A stretch of DNA of 62,207 nt, filler included, from Gonapodya sp. JEL0774 (lineage: Eukaryota), in assembly GCA_027604505.1 (NCBI GenBank). It is 10 parts of 10 records of this genome, joined end to end, with 100 filler letters (N's around TTAATTAATTAA, not from the genome) between each part and the next. Parts side by side here need not be neighbours in the genome. Positions count along the whole stretch, not along the records: positions 49,932 to 56,020 come from JADIIX010000629.1; positions 56,121 to 62,207 come from JADIIX010000630.1; 8 more parts are not named here. The stretch is one strand, 5' to 3'. The position numbers were made by a program, and so were the translations under genes. This document shows, one piece after another, positions 49,932 through 62,194 of the stretch. Each line of letters starts with the position of its first letter. Position 1 is the stretch's first letter. The notes under the pieces were generated by a model, which did not search any database, was not told where the DNA came from, and worked only from the letters and a program-made list of their open reading frames with translations.

Positions 49932-51434
49932 TAAATGAGCTTGGGGAGTGCCACCATGACCATCCCCCCGGCTGCCTCTTTCGGCATTCCCAGCGGAGTG
50001 CCCCACCTTTCCGCGCAGAGTGTTGCACCAGCCCACGCTGTGTCATTAAGGTAGGCTCCAACTTGCTTCACACCTCCAAGAGATTCCAAGTATTCGATCG
50101 CACGTGGCACCGCAAGCCAGGAGGAGTAATCTTTTGTGGCTTGCATGGCGCATTCCGCGACGAACCCTTGGCTGTGGTTGTGGGAAGTGATTGGGAAAGT
50201 GAGTGAAGCAAGGGGAGCAGGAAGTTTGCTGCTGATGGCAGATGGACGTGCGTAGAACACCGCACACGACGTGGGGGTGAAGCACCACTGGGTGAAAGAT
50301 GACGACAATGCAGTGAGAAAGCGTTCATACTACGAGTGCTCTGGAAAGTTTCGCAGTCGTACCTTGTGCATATTTCCAGTATAATAATCTACGTCCCATT
50401 TCACAACATCGACCTCTGCATGCCCAGGTCCATGCGCTCCGTCAACGAAAATCTCCAAAGCATCCGCGACTCCTTCTTCACGGCAAACGTCCCTCGTCGC
50501 CTTCGCCAGCCCTTCAATATCATACTTGATAGCGTTTTCCGACGCGATGTGGTCTAACACGACCAAACGCACCTGGCGGCCTGGATGCAAGCGAAGGAGC
50601 TCACGTAACGAAGAAGTCCATTGAGCGACCGTGGCAGTAGGGGTGAGTGCGGGGAAGGGGAGCGCAATGGAGAGGAGGGTGGCACCAGCACGAACGCAGT
50701 GTGCTTGGAAAGTGTATCTGGTTCGGAATCATAGGAGGTAAACGAGAGAACACAGCAGAAGCCATGCCTGTCATTCAATGGCTCACTTTACGGCAGCATA
50801 CGTTGAAGATTGTACGATGATTAGATCTCCCTTGGCAGATTTACCCTCCACAAAATCCCACATGACGCGATGAGCCACGACGTTGCCGCCAGTTGTGGCA
50901 TTATCAACAAATGCAACCTTGCATCGCACCAATAGGACCCGTTCAAGCTTCTGATCCCAGAATTCCCGAACGCTAGACCACTCACTGCCTCAAATGGAGC
51001 ACCGATAAGTGTGGCTACCGCTTTCCGACTCTCAACCAACAGCGGTTGTGTCCTTTCATACCAGAACTTGTCTGGATTAGAGTACCATTCCCGTCGCAGC
51101 TAACAGAGGAACATTGAAACGACGGTCGATGCAAGTACACCGATCCCGATCCCAACTCGATTGATGACACACCTCCTCGGCTCTTTCCACTACCACCGTA
51201 GGTGACGCTCCGAAACTTCCATTGTTCAAATGGGAGAAGCTATTGTCATGTCGGAGGTGGGAAAAGTCCCTCAGCAACAGCGGTCTGCCAAAGAGTAGTT
51301 TGGCAGGCGACGTTGAAGCGACGGGGATCTATAAGATGGCGGTAGTCGTATTGCTGAGACGGTACCACAGGAAACGGAAATGCGATCGATGATCGTTTGG
51401 GTCTTACATCAGTGGATGCGTTAGGAACAGTCAT
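49932..51434 (-). CDS. Class-V PLP-dependent lyase (L-cysteine desulfhydrase / Egt2 / CefD-like), multi-exon, 3' truncated
   Basis: FGRPLL...HLNNGSFGASP; FVDNATTG; LDHIASENA; FVDGAHGPG; DYYTGNMHK|WCFTP (PLP lysine); HFPITSH-like segment; TKDYSSWLAVP. Confidence 0.88.
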
Positions 51435-52086
51435 GATCGAAGGTGTTGATGCCCGATTCCCGATTGTTGGCACTTGTGGGAACGAGAATCAGATACCAGG
51501 CTACTTCACTTTTGAATGATGTCTTTGCGAAAGCGGAAGAACCCAGTAATTTCCTGCGGCACGGGTGGTCACCGTTGACTCGACAGTTCTGCAACATTTG
51601 CACGTCAGTCCACATATGCGAGGCAACCATCCATGAGATGCAAGGTTACTTCACATCTCATTACCCCGTAGTCTGTTTGGCGGTGTTGTGTTTTCCGAAC
51701 CCCACTTTACACACTTTCAAGAGCGACCTAATATGTATTGGAAATGAGACTGGTCCTTGTATACAAGTGTTGATCCAGTATTCGGCACCGGGTTATGGCA
51801 GCGCTCATAAAGTGTCGTAGCTTTTGATCAGACCCAGTACGTACATTGCCTCGAGATACATCCAATCCTCTGCCCAAGACCGGTTTTATCATTTCTGAGT
51901 GTCCGCTTCAAGAGCATATCGAATGGCGTTGTTCTCACTTCCTTTGTTCACATCTGCTCTGTTTTCCAACAGAGTGTTGATGAGACTGCAGACGTTGCCG
52001 CGGAAGGTCGCTCTGAGAAAGGCTCCACGCATGAGAGACTCGGGGTCCACACCATTTGATCTTTCAATCACCTCCCTTGCTTTGAG

Positions 52087-54259
52087 TCACTCTTCGGATC
52101 CCCACTGATCCCCCGCATCCAATACACCACGTTCAACCCACTTGGATCTCCTGCCTCCAGTTATCTCTCTGGCCCTTTCTTTGTCCTCCTTCCTCCTAAC
52201 ATGATTCCCAGCGGCACCCGATCGGGAACCAACCGCTAAGCCTTCCGGCACTTGTAACATGCGACGGACAAACGGGTTGAATTGTAAGTGTGTGGAAAAG
52301 CCCGTGGTCAGAGTCGAGAGAAGAGGGGGAAGTAAAGCGAGGTGTGCTTTTGCACCGCGAGTTGCGGATTTTTGAGGGATGGAAGACATCGTGGGTGATG
52401 GGGAGGAGTCATCACCATCTGCGTTGTATGTACTCACCCCAAGTATCCAGCACGACGGTCCCACCGAGGTATCGAATGGTGGCATTCCTACCTCTTGTTC
52501 CACTTGTCAATCCTTGTCGCCATTCCATGTCGTCCGAATTGTCTTCCGCGCTTTCTGACGCATCACCTTCTCTCGCAATGTCATCAGATCCCAGTGTCCG
52601 CTCGAGGCCCTCTTGTCCCATTAAAACGTCTTCCAGTATGGGTCGGAGTGCCCGCCGTTGATCTCGGTTATCCTTCTTGTTCGTGGATTTAGTGGACTCT
52701 GTGGCGAGAGACGTGAGAGTGGAGGAGAGCTCATTCCACCTGGCGTACTTCCGCTTTGCGCCGGGTGTAGGACATGTGATGGATAGGATAAGTGCGATAG
52801 AGCGGGCGACGGCAATCCGAACCGCGACGTGCGGGTGAAGTAGCAGGGACAGATGAATATCGAGAATGCTGAGGGCGGTTGTTGAGGAGAATCATTTGCA
52901 GCAGTAACCATGCAAATTTGTAAAAGGAAACACGATCTGGTAGGCAACGCACCGCGAAAACTCCTTCTGGACCTCTGTTTCTGGCGCGACCGTGCACAAC
53001 ATTGCGAAACCCTCGACCGCAGATATCACATCTTCGTGTGCCTGTTCTCGGGAGCGTTTCATCTCATGTTCCATAATAGTAGTGAGCTGTTTCTGGACTC
53101 GCTGGAGTTTGTGGTCCCGGGCGTCACCTTCTGAAACAATGTAGGCCGACAGGGCGAGTGCTGTAATTAAGCTCGAGCGTGGAGAGCTGGCGGTGTCGAT
53201 CGAGACAGACGATATGGTGGCCGACAGCGAAGTGAGTAGTTGTGAAGAAAGCTCAGCAGAGGGGCCAGGACCAAGGGAGAGAATGAGAAGTGCGGAAGCT
53301 GAAATCAAGGGAGATTCTGAACACTTGAGAGTTGTAAATGTGGAAGGTCACTCACCTCTAGCCGCAAGTGCGCATTCCTTGCTTGCGCCACGGTGAATCG
53401 AGCGACACAGTAAATTGGCGATTTGAGCGGCTTTGGCAGAAAGCGGGCAGTTTGTACTGCTTGCAGTGGAGGGGGAAGGTGCGCTGGTCGACGACGGGCC
53501 AAGGTAATTGTGGGAGAGCAGTGTCACGAGTTGATTTAAGGCGGATTCGCGGGTTCTTTGAGGATGGTACAGTTGGTGAAGAAAATATCAAGTCCGAGCT
53601 TAATGTCCCAAGAGACCGACTTACGCGGTTCTCTTTTCCTCAATTTCTTCCAAAATCTTGTCAAGCTGCTCCTCGTGGATATTTTCGCCCGTACTGCCGA
53701 GCGACGGGCTGCCCGGCGGGGAAGCTGAATTGGTATCGTGTTCTGCAAAGTCTGGATCCATTTGACCGAGAACTGAGCCTGACAAACGGATCCGAGCTCG
53801 CGCTCTGGCAGGTTTTGGGTGGACAAGCGTACTACCGTGAGCCAGTTGAGTCTCAGTACCGAGGGAAAGCAGAGTTGATTGGGGACTGAGAAGCGGTGAG
53901 AGTGAGCGGGATCTGTTATCATTCTCCACCAAGTAGTCCACAACCGGTGTTCCAGATCGTTTCGCCGCTGCCGCTGCAGCCGCTCTTCTTGCGGTTCTAC
54001 CGAGACTGGGCGATGCGCTCTGCGACCTGGCGGTGTCTATATGATCTCCGATTGCTGGATTCAAGTTGAGCCTCGCCAGCGCGAGAGTGACGGGATGTTG
54101 CGACGTGGAGACATGACCATCGGAATCAGTCGCTATCCGAGCAGTGTTTTCATTGAGGTTACGCTGGGTGTTGCGGCTATCGGAGCGCGGGGAGCGTGGC
54201 ATTGAATGTAAACGATGTGGGAGACGGAAGCAAGGCGTTTTAGGACGGCACCCAGCCAT
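52087..54259 (-). CDS. Interferon-related developmental regulator (IFRD) family protein, multi-exon
   Basis: EEQLDKILEEIEEKR, helical repeats (ASALLILSLG...ITALALSAYI), and C-terminal LTTGFSTHLQFNPFVRRML with a basic tail, all typical of IFRD. Start could be 54202. Confidence 0.72.
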
Positions 54260-54495
54260 GACTCAGTTTTACTTGCACCCTGAAACGTTTCATACATAAA
54301 TCCCCATACGCACTCAAAGAATACTATTTGGACATTTTTTGGCCGATATCACATATGGTGCATCACGGATGTGTCAATAACCGGACACGTCGTGATCTTT
54401 AGAACGACTTGCGCACGCAATTGAACGGTGAAAATTGAAGTATTTCACAAAACTCTATTATGCAGCTGCATTTTGTTTGTGCCAAGTGCACCCCC

Positions 54496-55726
54496 ATGAG
54501 CTCCTCAACCGGCCCAGAACCATCCACCATTATGACCACTCCACCTCACCCGCTCAGTACTCTCATCCCCACCTTACCCGTCTCGGCTCCATATATTAAC
54601 ACTCGGCGAGGCATCGCGTGGGGCAAACCCGGTTCTTCTGGTTCACAGTTCTCGGAACCATGTGACGTCCTGATTTTGCACGGCCGGAGGTTAGCCGTGG
54701 ACGTGAGGATCGAGAAGGCCTCTGGGAAGGTGGATTGGGCGATGGTCGTGTGGAATGAGGAGCTGTGAGTTGCAGGATCGCGTGGGGACGCCAGGGTTTG
54801 ACATGTTGCTGGCGATTCGCGCGATTACTGAGTATCCTCGGTTGATCGGAATTGAAAAGCTCTGCGTGATTCAATCGCTTTTTCGGACAAGGTGTTTGAT
54901 TGCTTTCAAAGGTCTCTTTCGGATTCAGGAGAGTCTGTTCTCCCTCTCCGAATATATCGCTTGCAGTATGCCATGGACCCCAAACAGTACATGTTCAATA
55001 TCTCTTCTAGTACACATCTAACGGTTACTATTCTTTGTCATTTTCACAATTCAGCTCTCAAGGACCCTCCTTGATCCAGTTCCATCACATAATCGATTCC
55101 CGTGGGCAGATCGAGCCTGATAGGGGATACATGCACCCCATGGCGAATGGAGGGGTGCTAGAGACAGGAGAGATGTGGAATCCGGCCACAGAGAAAGTTG
55201 AGGTACGCTGAATCCGTAGTTCGTTCTCATCCGCGGCGCAAGTCAGTTGACATCTAGTTTGCTCAATTCATACCCGCAACAGTATTACGAGGAAATCTGG
55301 CACGATGTACCCAACGAGTGTCCAAAATCACTCGGATTGGACTACGTTCTGGTTCTGCGGTCATTGGACTGGAAGCGATTTGCGTTCAAAACCGGCCAGT
55401 ACGGGATCGTAATCGCCGACCAGACCGAATACAGTAGTGCGATACAGGGTCAAGCAGAGAAGCCACATGGGTGGGTCCCGGACTTTGCCCTGGCGGTGTT
55501 TGAATTGGAGAAAGTCGAAGTGGTATCGGGGTTAAAAGGGCCAGAGACTTACAGGTGGAGGGAAATGTACCGTGTTGGGACAACCGCGCGAGCACGACCC
55601 AGTGAGCTAGGAGTTCCGCCTGTGGAGCTACCGGCGGGCTGGACGGAAGGAAGCTTGTTGGGTGAGGGTGAAGGAGCGTGGGAGGGGTGGGTAGTGGAGG
55701 ACCTCGTGAGGGAAAACGTGGCTTGA
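54496..55726 (+). CDS. HRI1: HRI1-family protein, multi-exon
   Basis: RRGIAW...SEPCDVLIL...VDVRI...VDWA; FHHIIDSRG...DRGYMHPMANGGVLETGEMWNPATEKVE|YYEEIWHD. Confidence 0.8.
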
Positions 55727-56227
55727 CGGAGCCAAGTAAGTGATGACACATGGGAATTATACGCTGGAGTGACAGAGAGTAAAGACAACACAATTCTTCT
55801 CGGGCCCTTGCCATTTCTCGAATAACTATCACATGTCCAGTCGGAAAACAGAAGTTTTCCCAATCTCCGGCCCTCCCCCGCACTCCCCGTCCACAGCCCA
55901 CCCACTTTTCATTCCCTCTGACCCTCCAGGAGCCATCAGCATGACAATGTCCCGCCATACCCATTTCAAACCAACCACAAGTATACGGCCCGGTCTCTCG
56001 TCTCTCATCTTTTTAGCACTNNNNNNNNNNNNNNNNNNNNNNNNNNNNNNNNNNNNNNNNNNNNTTAATTAATTAANNNNNNNNNNNNNNNNNNNNNNNN
56101 NNNNNNNNNNNNNNNNNNNNCGCATTTGTATCTTATCCAAACATGTTCATTTGACGTCAGTATCCCAAATCATTGCGTTCGACTGTCCTCATGATTGTAT
56201 CCATTCACACATAGCATCATTTACGAG

Positions 56228-57622
56228 TTACCGCCCTGTTATCACATTCCCCCATTGTGCCAACTTCGACTTCACTCCTTTACTCTCTCTGGCATCTGCT
56301 TCGGCGTATAGTTTGTACATGCCGTGTACACCAGCCCACCTGAAGGGCTCTGGCTCCCATTTCCTCACGCGCCGATTGACCCAAGGCAACTTTGTAAGTT
56401 CAGTCTCCCGGCCAAGAACTAAATCAGCGAGGGTCCTGCCAGCCAAGTTGGAAGTGGACACCCCGACACCCACATAACCACCCGCCCATCCTACACGAGT
56501 TTTTGTATTCAGACCCACAGTTGCGCACCAATCACGAGGAACGCCTAATACACCACACCAAGCATGGTCGATTGTCACACTAGGGTCGCGGGTGGCAGGG
56601 AAGTGTCGATATAGGGTTTCCGTCAACCGGCGTATTGTTTCCACATCCGCTTGGCCGCGGTCGTCGATACGAGACGCAAATCGGTAGGGAACTCCTCGGC
56701 CCCCCATAGCAATTCGGCCGTCTCGGGTACGTTGTGCGTAGCAGTAAGAGTTTGCAATGTCACCAAAGAGTTCGTTGTTCGCCCAGCCAATCTCGCGCCA
56801 GATGTTCTCTGGAAGGGGTGACGTTATGATTTGAGCGCTGTTGAGTGGAAGCCATGCGCGTCGGAGGCCTGGTAGAGTGGCAGTAAATCCTTCTGTACAG
56901 CGGAGGATAGCAGACCGGGCGGTCACACTGCCGTGGGGAGTCGTGATAACCCGATTGGGGAGGATCGCGGTGACTGGAGTGGACTCAAAAATGTTCACAC
57001 CCAGATTTTGCACGGTTCGTGCAAGGCCGGTGACGAGCTTTGCGGGCTGTACACGTGCGACTCCCGACAAGCAAAGCGATCCGAGCGCTCCCGCGACAGA
57101 TATACGACTGAGGGTCGCTTCACGGTCAAGAAGGGAGATTTTATCTTCGGGTACATTCCAAGCCAGTCGAGCCTTGTACTCTTGTTTGAGTCGCTCCAGT
57201 TGGGCGGGGTTGGTGGCAACGGTGAGCTCGTCCGTCTGAACAATATCTGCCGATATTCCCTCGCGATCGCACACTCCAAGGACTTCTTCAACGGTTCCAG
57301 CCATTGTCCGAATCATATCACGAACGGAATCTCTGCTCGAATCCGCCAAATACCGCTTGTGGTTCCAGGCGAATCCCCCAGTCAACCACCCGCCGTTGCG
57401 TCCGCTGGCGCCGAAACCGGCGAACTCCTTTTCGAGAACAACGACGTCCAAAGTAGGATCCAGTTTTTTGAGGTAGTATGCACTCCAAAGGCCCGAGTAA
57501 CCCCCGCCTATGATTGCAACATCGGTGGTTCGATCACCCGCCGGCAGTGCTGCTCTTCGATCGGGCAATCCCCCCATGTCTGAATACCAAAACGAGATAC
57601 CGCCGTTGGATTTGGGAGTCAT
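56228..57622 (-). CDS. FAD-dependent oxidoreductase, DAO/DadA/PuuB-like, intronless and bacterial-type
   Basis: DVAIIGGGYSGLWSAYYL...LEKEFAGFGASGRNGGW; VQPAKLV; WCGVLGVPRDW; GYVGVGV; WEPEPFRWAG. 464 aa with no intron. Confidence 0.92.
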   Translation of the reverse strand: MTPKSNGGISFWYSDMGGLPDRRAALPAGDRTTDVAIIGGGYSGLWSAYYLKKLDPTLDVVVLEKEFAGFGASGRNGGWLTGGFAWNHKRYLADSSRDSVRDMIRTMAGTVEEVLGVCDREGISADIVQTDELTVATNPAQLERLKQEYKARLAWNVPEDKISLLDREATLSRISVAGALGSLCLSGVARVQPAKLVTGLARTVQNLGVNIFESTPVTAILPNRVITTPHGSVTARSAILRCTEGFTATLPGLRRAWLPLNSAQIITSPLPENIWREIGWANNELFGDIANSYCYAQRTRDGRIAMGGRGVPYRFASRIDDRGQADVETIRRLTETLYRHFPATRDPSVTIDHAWCGVLGVPRDWCATVGLNTKTRVGWAGGYVGVGVSTSNLAGRTLADLVLGRETELTKLPWVNRRVRKWEPEPFRWAGVHGMYKLYAEADARESKGVKSKLAQWGNVITGR

Positions 57623-57888
57623 CGTGTTGATCGCTGCCTGTGAGTTCGTAATTCCTCTATGGGGATCATGAGCGGCCCGGCACCTATCACACCTCCAGCG
57701 CTAGCTCACCAGAATGAATCGCGATGAATCATATTTCGCTCCATTCACCGGCATTCATCGTGATGATATGTAGATATTCATCGACAATTTGCCAATACAA
57801 ATTGTGATAATAAATTGTGATAAGAAGGAGTAAACTGCCCAGCTTCATGGATGCCACCCATCCTTCCCACACACTCTCCACCAGAACA

Positions 57889-60398
57889 TCACGTGTACAG
57901 CACATACGTGAGTTCATTGAGAGAAGGCCCCTCCTTTGCAATGTCGTCCACATCAATTAGAAACTGGAGTGGCATTTCCACCAGAGTACCCCTCACACGA
58001 CTCAGCCACGATTTCACCTCCTGGACACCTCCTGGGAACTCGCTCTTGCACACGTGCCCATACGGTACCTTTCCCTGAGGGTTACTTGCTTCGGGAGTAT
58101 CGGGGTAATAGAAGTATCTGGAGAAGAACTCGTCGTATGCCTGCCAGGTCCGAACAGCATCGTTGGGGACATTGTGGAATACTTTGGAGAACACCTCGGT
58201 GTTTGTTCGTGCGGTTCCGCGCCAAACTTGTTCAAACTGGGCGCTCAGTGGGTCCGCCACGAGATTGTCTGCGGGACTTCCCCAGTCGTAGTCGTTCGGT
58301 CCTCTGGTGACAGGATGTGAATTGGCATCAGGGACGTCCACTCGTTGGTCCGGAACCAATCCGAGGTGCTTCCGGAAAATGAACCGACGGAGTGAAGTGG
58401 CAAACTTAGTCACCGTATACTGCCTGCCAGCCATTATTGACTGAACCAAGTTGTTGTCCTCGATGACCACGGCGATTTCACTGTCGTGGTTACCCAGCTG
58501 GGACCGATCGTTGAGGTTAGCACTTCCAATAATAACTCTTCGATCATCTGCGATGAGGAGTTTGGTGTGGATGTACAGCTGCTCCGAGACGAACGCATCA
58601 ATCTCCTCCTCCGGGTTGCCCTCCCATGGAATGCTTTGAAGGTTCGGACCGTTCGCCATGTACGCTGCCGCGACAGACTTGCCCTGAGACCCTTGTTTCT
58701 TGATACGATCGTAGTTTCGTAAGTTGTAGAACGAGATGTACTGGTCCGGGTTGGTGATCCCGCTCTGAATGAGCTTCTGGATGATGGAGTGACCACCTCT
58801 GCTGATGGAAAAGTACTGGTACTCCATGATCGCCCGAGTACCCAGCGCACCTTCGCCCTTGAGGTCACCAGCGAATCCAGGCACAGCGGGCATTAGCACA
58901 ATCACTCGGAAGGCCTCGCCATGTTGATGAGCGCGAACAATACGAGCGACGAGAGCGGCACCGATCTTGTTGTAGACGGGCGCTTGCTTGTCGTCGGTGG
59001 CAGTGATGAAAAACTTTCACAAGTGGCAATATTCGCGTTGAGCGGAAAGAGTGCACACAACGAGAACGGAAGATCACCAGCAGACAGTTACCTGGTTCTC
59101 AATGTAGATGAAATGCTGAGCATCGTATATGGTGGCGATGTAAGCGTTCGCAATGGAGTGTTCCGTGTTCAGTCCAGAGGACCAGAGGGAGGAGCTGCGA
59201 ATACGTAAAGAATAGAGACGTCACTATTCCAAGCGAACTTCCGATACAAAACTCCACGAAAGTCACCTCCGACATAGCTGGATGCTCATTCCCGACAGAG
59301 GATCCGGCGCCGGTCGTCCTACCCCGTATGTCCCGTCTGCCGCACCCTCCTGGTGGTGCGGGAAGTGCTTACGGAATCTGGTTTCCACTTTACCAAAGAA
59401 CTCTTGTGCTTTCCTCTGCCCCTTATCCATCAAATCTTCGTTCTCTGGTCCTCCCTCCCGCTTGGCCCACGAGGATGTCATGGACGCGGGAGCTTGTTGG
59501 CCGTGTGCTCCGTCAGTGATCGGCTGGTACTTCTTCCTACCATCCTCGGTGTTGTACTTTTGGCCGAAAATGTAGTTCCAGCGATCGACAAAGTGCCAGA
59601 CCAAGTCGTCCACGATGTGGCCGGAAAGAGAGATGCTGACGTCTGTCCAGCCAATCCGCGAGTAGACGTTGCGGTCCAGCTTGTTGTGTTCCCACTTGTC
59701 AACGCCTTCAAAGTCGAACACTCGAGCGTTGTTGTAGTCCTGGCCGGGGTAAATGATCCCATCCGGCTGAGCGGGGCTGGCGTCTGCGATGGGATGAGTG
59801 TGGGTATCCCATCGGCCAAAACAGGCGTCAAGGCCACCCATGAAAGCTATCCTCTTGTCCACCACGCAAAGTTTCTCGTGATGAGCCCAGAACAAAACCG
59901 TGTCCTTTCCATCGAGGGCGGTACCGAAGAAGGCTTTCAGAACTTCGGTTGGCATTTTACCGATGGCCAGTGCGCTTTGAACGTGGGTGTTCATCTCGGA
60001 AGTGAAAGTAGAGGCAGTCACGACGTGATTTGGGTGGCGGAACACTCGGATGTTTGGGTGGAGGGCTTCCAACGCGTCCTTAGTGTGGGCTGAATTGAGA
60101 GTGAGGGCTTGCGGGACCTCCTTGTAGACGATGATGCGGACTTGGACTCCGCGTTCAGCGGCAGCCTTGAGCATATTGTCCAAACGGTATCGAGCGTTTA
60201 GAGCTGGTGGTCGTCGAAGGTAGAGCTCGGGCGACAGCCACCAGTCCATGATAAATATGGTTTCTCTCGCCTCTGCGCAAAGGGGAAACGTACGCCAGGA
60301 AGAATGGAATCGCCAATAAGTTCCATTTCTCATCGAATCATCTTACTCGAATGAACTCACCCTCCAACGCTTCCGATAACGCCCAAAAATAGGAAGAC
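57889..60398 (-). CDS. PLD: Phospholipase D (two HKD motifs); 5' part lost in gap
   Basis: DWWLSPELYLRRP; WAHHEKLCVVD; YIENQ|FFIT; YIHTKLLIADDRRVIIGSANLNDRSQLG; RGTLVEMPLQFL. Confidence 0.95.
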
Positions 60399-60495
60399 NN
60401 NNNNNNNNNNNNNNNNNNNNNNNNNNNNNNNNNNNNNNNNNNNNNNNNNNNNNNNNNNNNNNNNNNNNNNNNNNNNNNNNNNNNNNNNNNNNNNN

Positions 60496-61144
60496 ATATC
60501 CAGTTGTCCCCCTGGCTGCAGCCGTTGCTAATGGGAATACAGTTTACGTCAGGTGGGAAAACGGAGCCGCAATGTTAATGTTCAGCCTCGTTCTTATTGG
60601 AGAATCTCGGTATTTCTGTGCTGCAAGCGGCCAGCTCGCATTCGGCCCTGATAGAAGTCAGTGAGCTTATCCCCGGAAACTGCTACTCCCAGACGGTACA
60701 AACCCTGAAGAACATGCGCTCAGTTTTTGAGAAATCTGGAAGCTCTATGGATAATGTGAGTTCATATGAAGGTGTGGTTGACGCTTGCCGAACTCGGTTT
60801 CGGACCACAAGGATGGGATCTTATGGACTTTTTAACCAGTATTGTTGTAAAGGTGAAGGTTAAATCGTGAGTTGAATGGATCTGTCGCTTCCGGATATAC
60901 TTCACCTCCTTGAGTAGTGAACATATGGCGTTGTGACTCTCAGCTTCTCCTCCAACTTCCCCTGAAGGTTCTCAAATGCACCGTCTTCCTGACCAGCATC
61001 TCCGACTTTCCCCACATGAACCGCGCGTACGCTGAAGCATCCGGCTCCCGTCGACCCGCACCCTCGGACGGAGAAGTCACCAAATTGCCGATCCCTGGTT
61101 GCAGTGTACTGATTGAATGCATTGCGGCAATTGGAGGCAACTAA
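60496..61144 (+). pseudogene. Rid (YjgF/YER057c/UK114) family gene with apparent frameshift and lost catalytic Arg
   Basis: AVANGNTVYVS|GQLAFGPD hits TGA at 60662-60664. The continuation ELIPG...QTVQTLKNM is in another frame. The last exon reads VLKCTVFLTSISDFPHMNRAY...RPAPS...LIECIA. Confidence 0.65.
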
Positions 61145-61814
61145 CATATTGGAGACCTGGTGAATAGATTGATGAAGTACCGCCAACTGATTATTGATTG
61201 TAGTGAGCGTGGATTGGCGAGTCTCGAGACTCTCACATGAATACCAAAGTGGACGTGCTGCAGAAGATGAATACATTACGTGCCATGATCGCAGTTCGCG
61301 TGACGCTCCTAACTAACCGAAGTCTTGAACGCGTATCGTGAACAGGAGCTGATCGTTCGCCATGCCCCATGCAACCGCGCCCGGATAGGCGCCCGCTCGG
61401 AACAGACGATGTTTGGTATAACTGATCAATATGAGAGCTTTACATCTTGTGAAAAGGGCCGCCTATAAGAAGGATTTGATCGTACATGCCATAATGGTCA
61501 TGCGCATGGATCACTAACAACATATATGACCATCCTCATTTGAACGATGCCAGGGCCGGTCCGAACCCGAGTCAGAAGCATTTTGGAGCTTAGACGTCCT
61601 CGCCTTCACCGGATTGATGAAGATACACAAAGAGAAATATGAATGTTCGAGGTAGCTGATTGATCGAACAAAAATTGAAATCTGTATTACGTTTGCCTTA
61701 CATCCAATAGCACAGATTGCAATTCCTCTTGCAACCGTTCAAAACCAATCATGAATATGACAATATGTTTTCCCAGTCACTCCCTCAACAACAATATGGT
61801 GCAAGCGAGATCGT

Positions 61815-62194
61815 TCAAACCATCAGCGGTTCGTTCTTCTTGACCCACAGAAAGTTCAAGTCTCCGACCGGAAGAACGGGGCGTTTGTAAAATTCGTTGA
61901 CAAAGGGTGCTAGGCCTGAACGATATAAACGTGGATGAGGTACTTGAGAATGATCATCCCTGAGGGGGTGATCGCAGCAATGTCGAGACGTACCTCCGTA
62001 GAATGCCTGGATGCGTATGAGTAGGGTGATAGTAATATAGTTCATGGGAGAGAAGTTGGGATCATGAGCACCTGTCCACCGGCTCAGGTGCTTGAACTTT
62101 ATCACGCTCAAACATTACTCACCGCTGCAGCAGTAAATAGGGCGAACCACCCACTCGCTCGCAGTGCCCCAATACTGCCATATTGCGCTCCAGC
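61815..62194 (-). CDS. GPR1/FUN34/YaaH (AceTr/SatP/Ato) acetate transporter, 3' exons
   Basis: Exons 62194-62123 (LRASGWFALFTAAA), 62006-61994 (AFYG) and 61915-61815 (LAPFVNEFYKRPVLPVG) match the SatP-type C-terminus A-x-Y...NE-x-F/Y-x-R-x-VLP-x-G. Confidence 0.78.

Noticed and set aside
56933..57583. Long + strand ORFs overlapping real genes (also 59353-60093, 35729-36370, 43113-43586)
   Set aside because: Antisense shadows of well-supported minus-strand genes, with no protein-like motifs.
47512..61144. Apparent vitamin B6/PLP cluster (PdxH-like, PLP lyase, Rid, DAO-like)
   Set aside because: The genes lie on three different contigs joined artificially.
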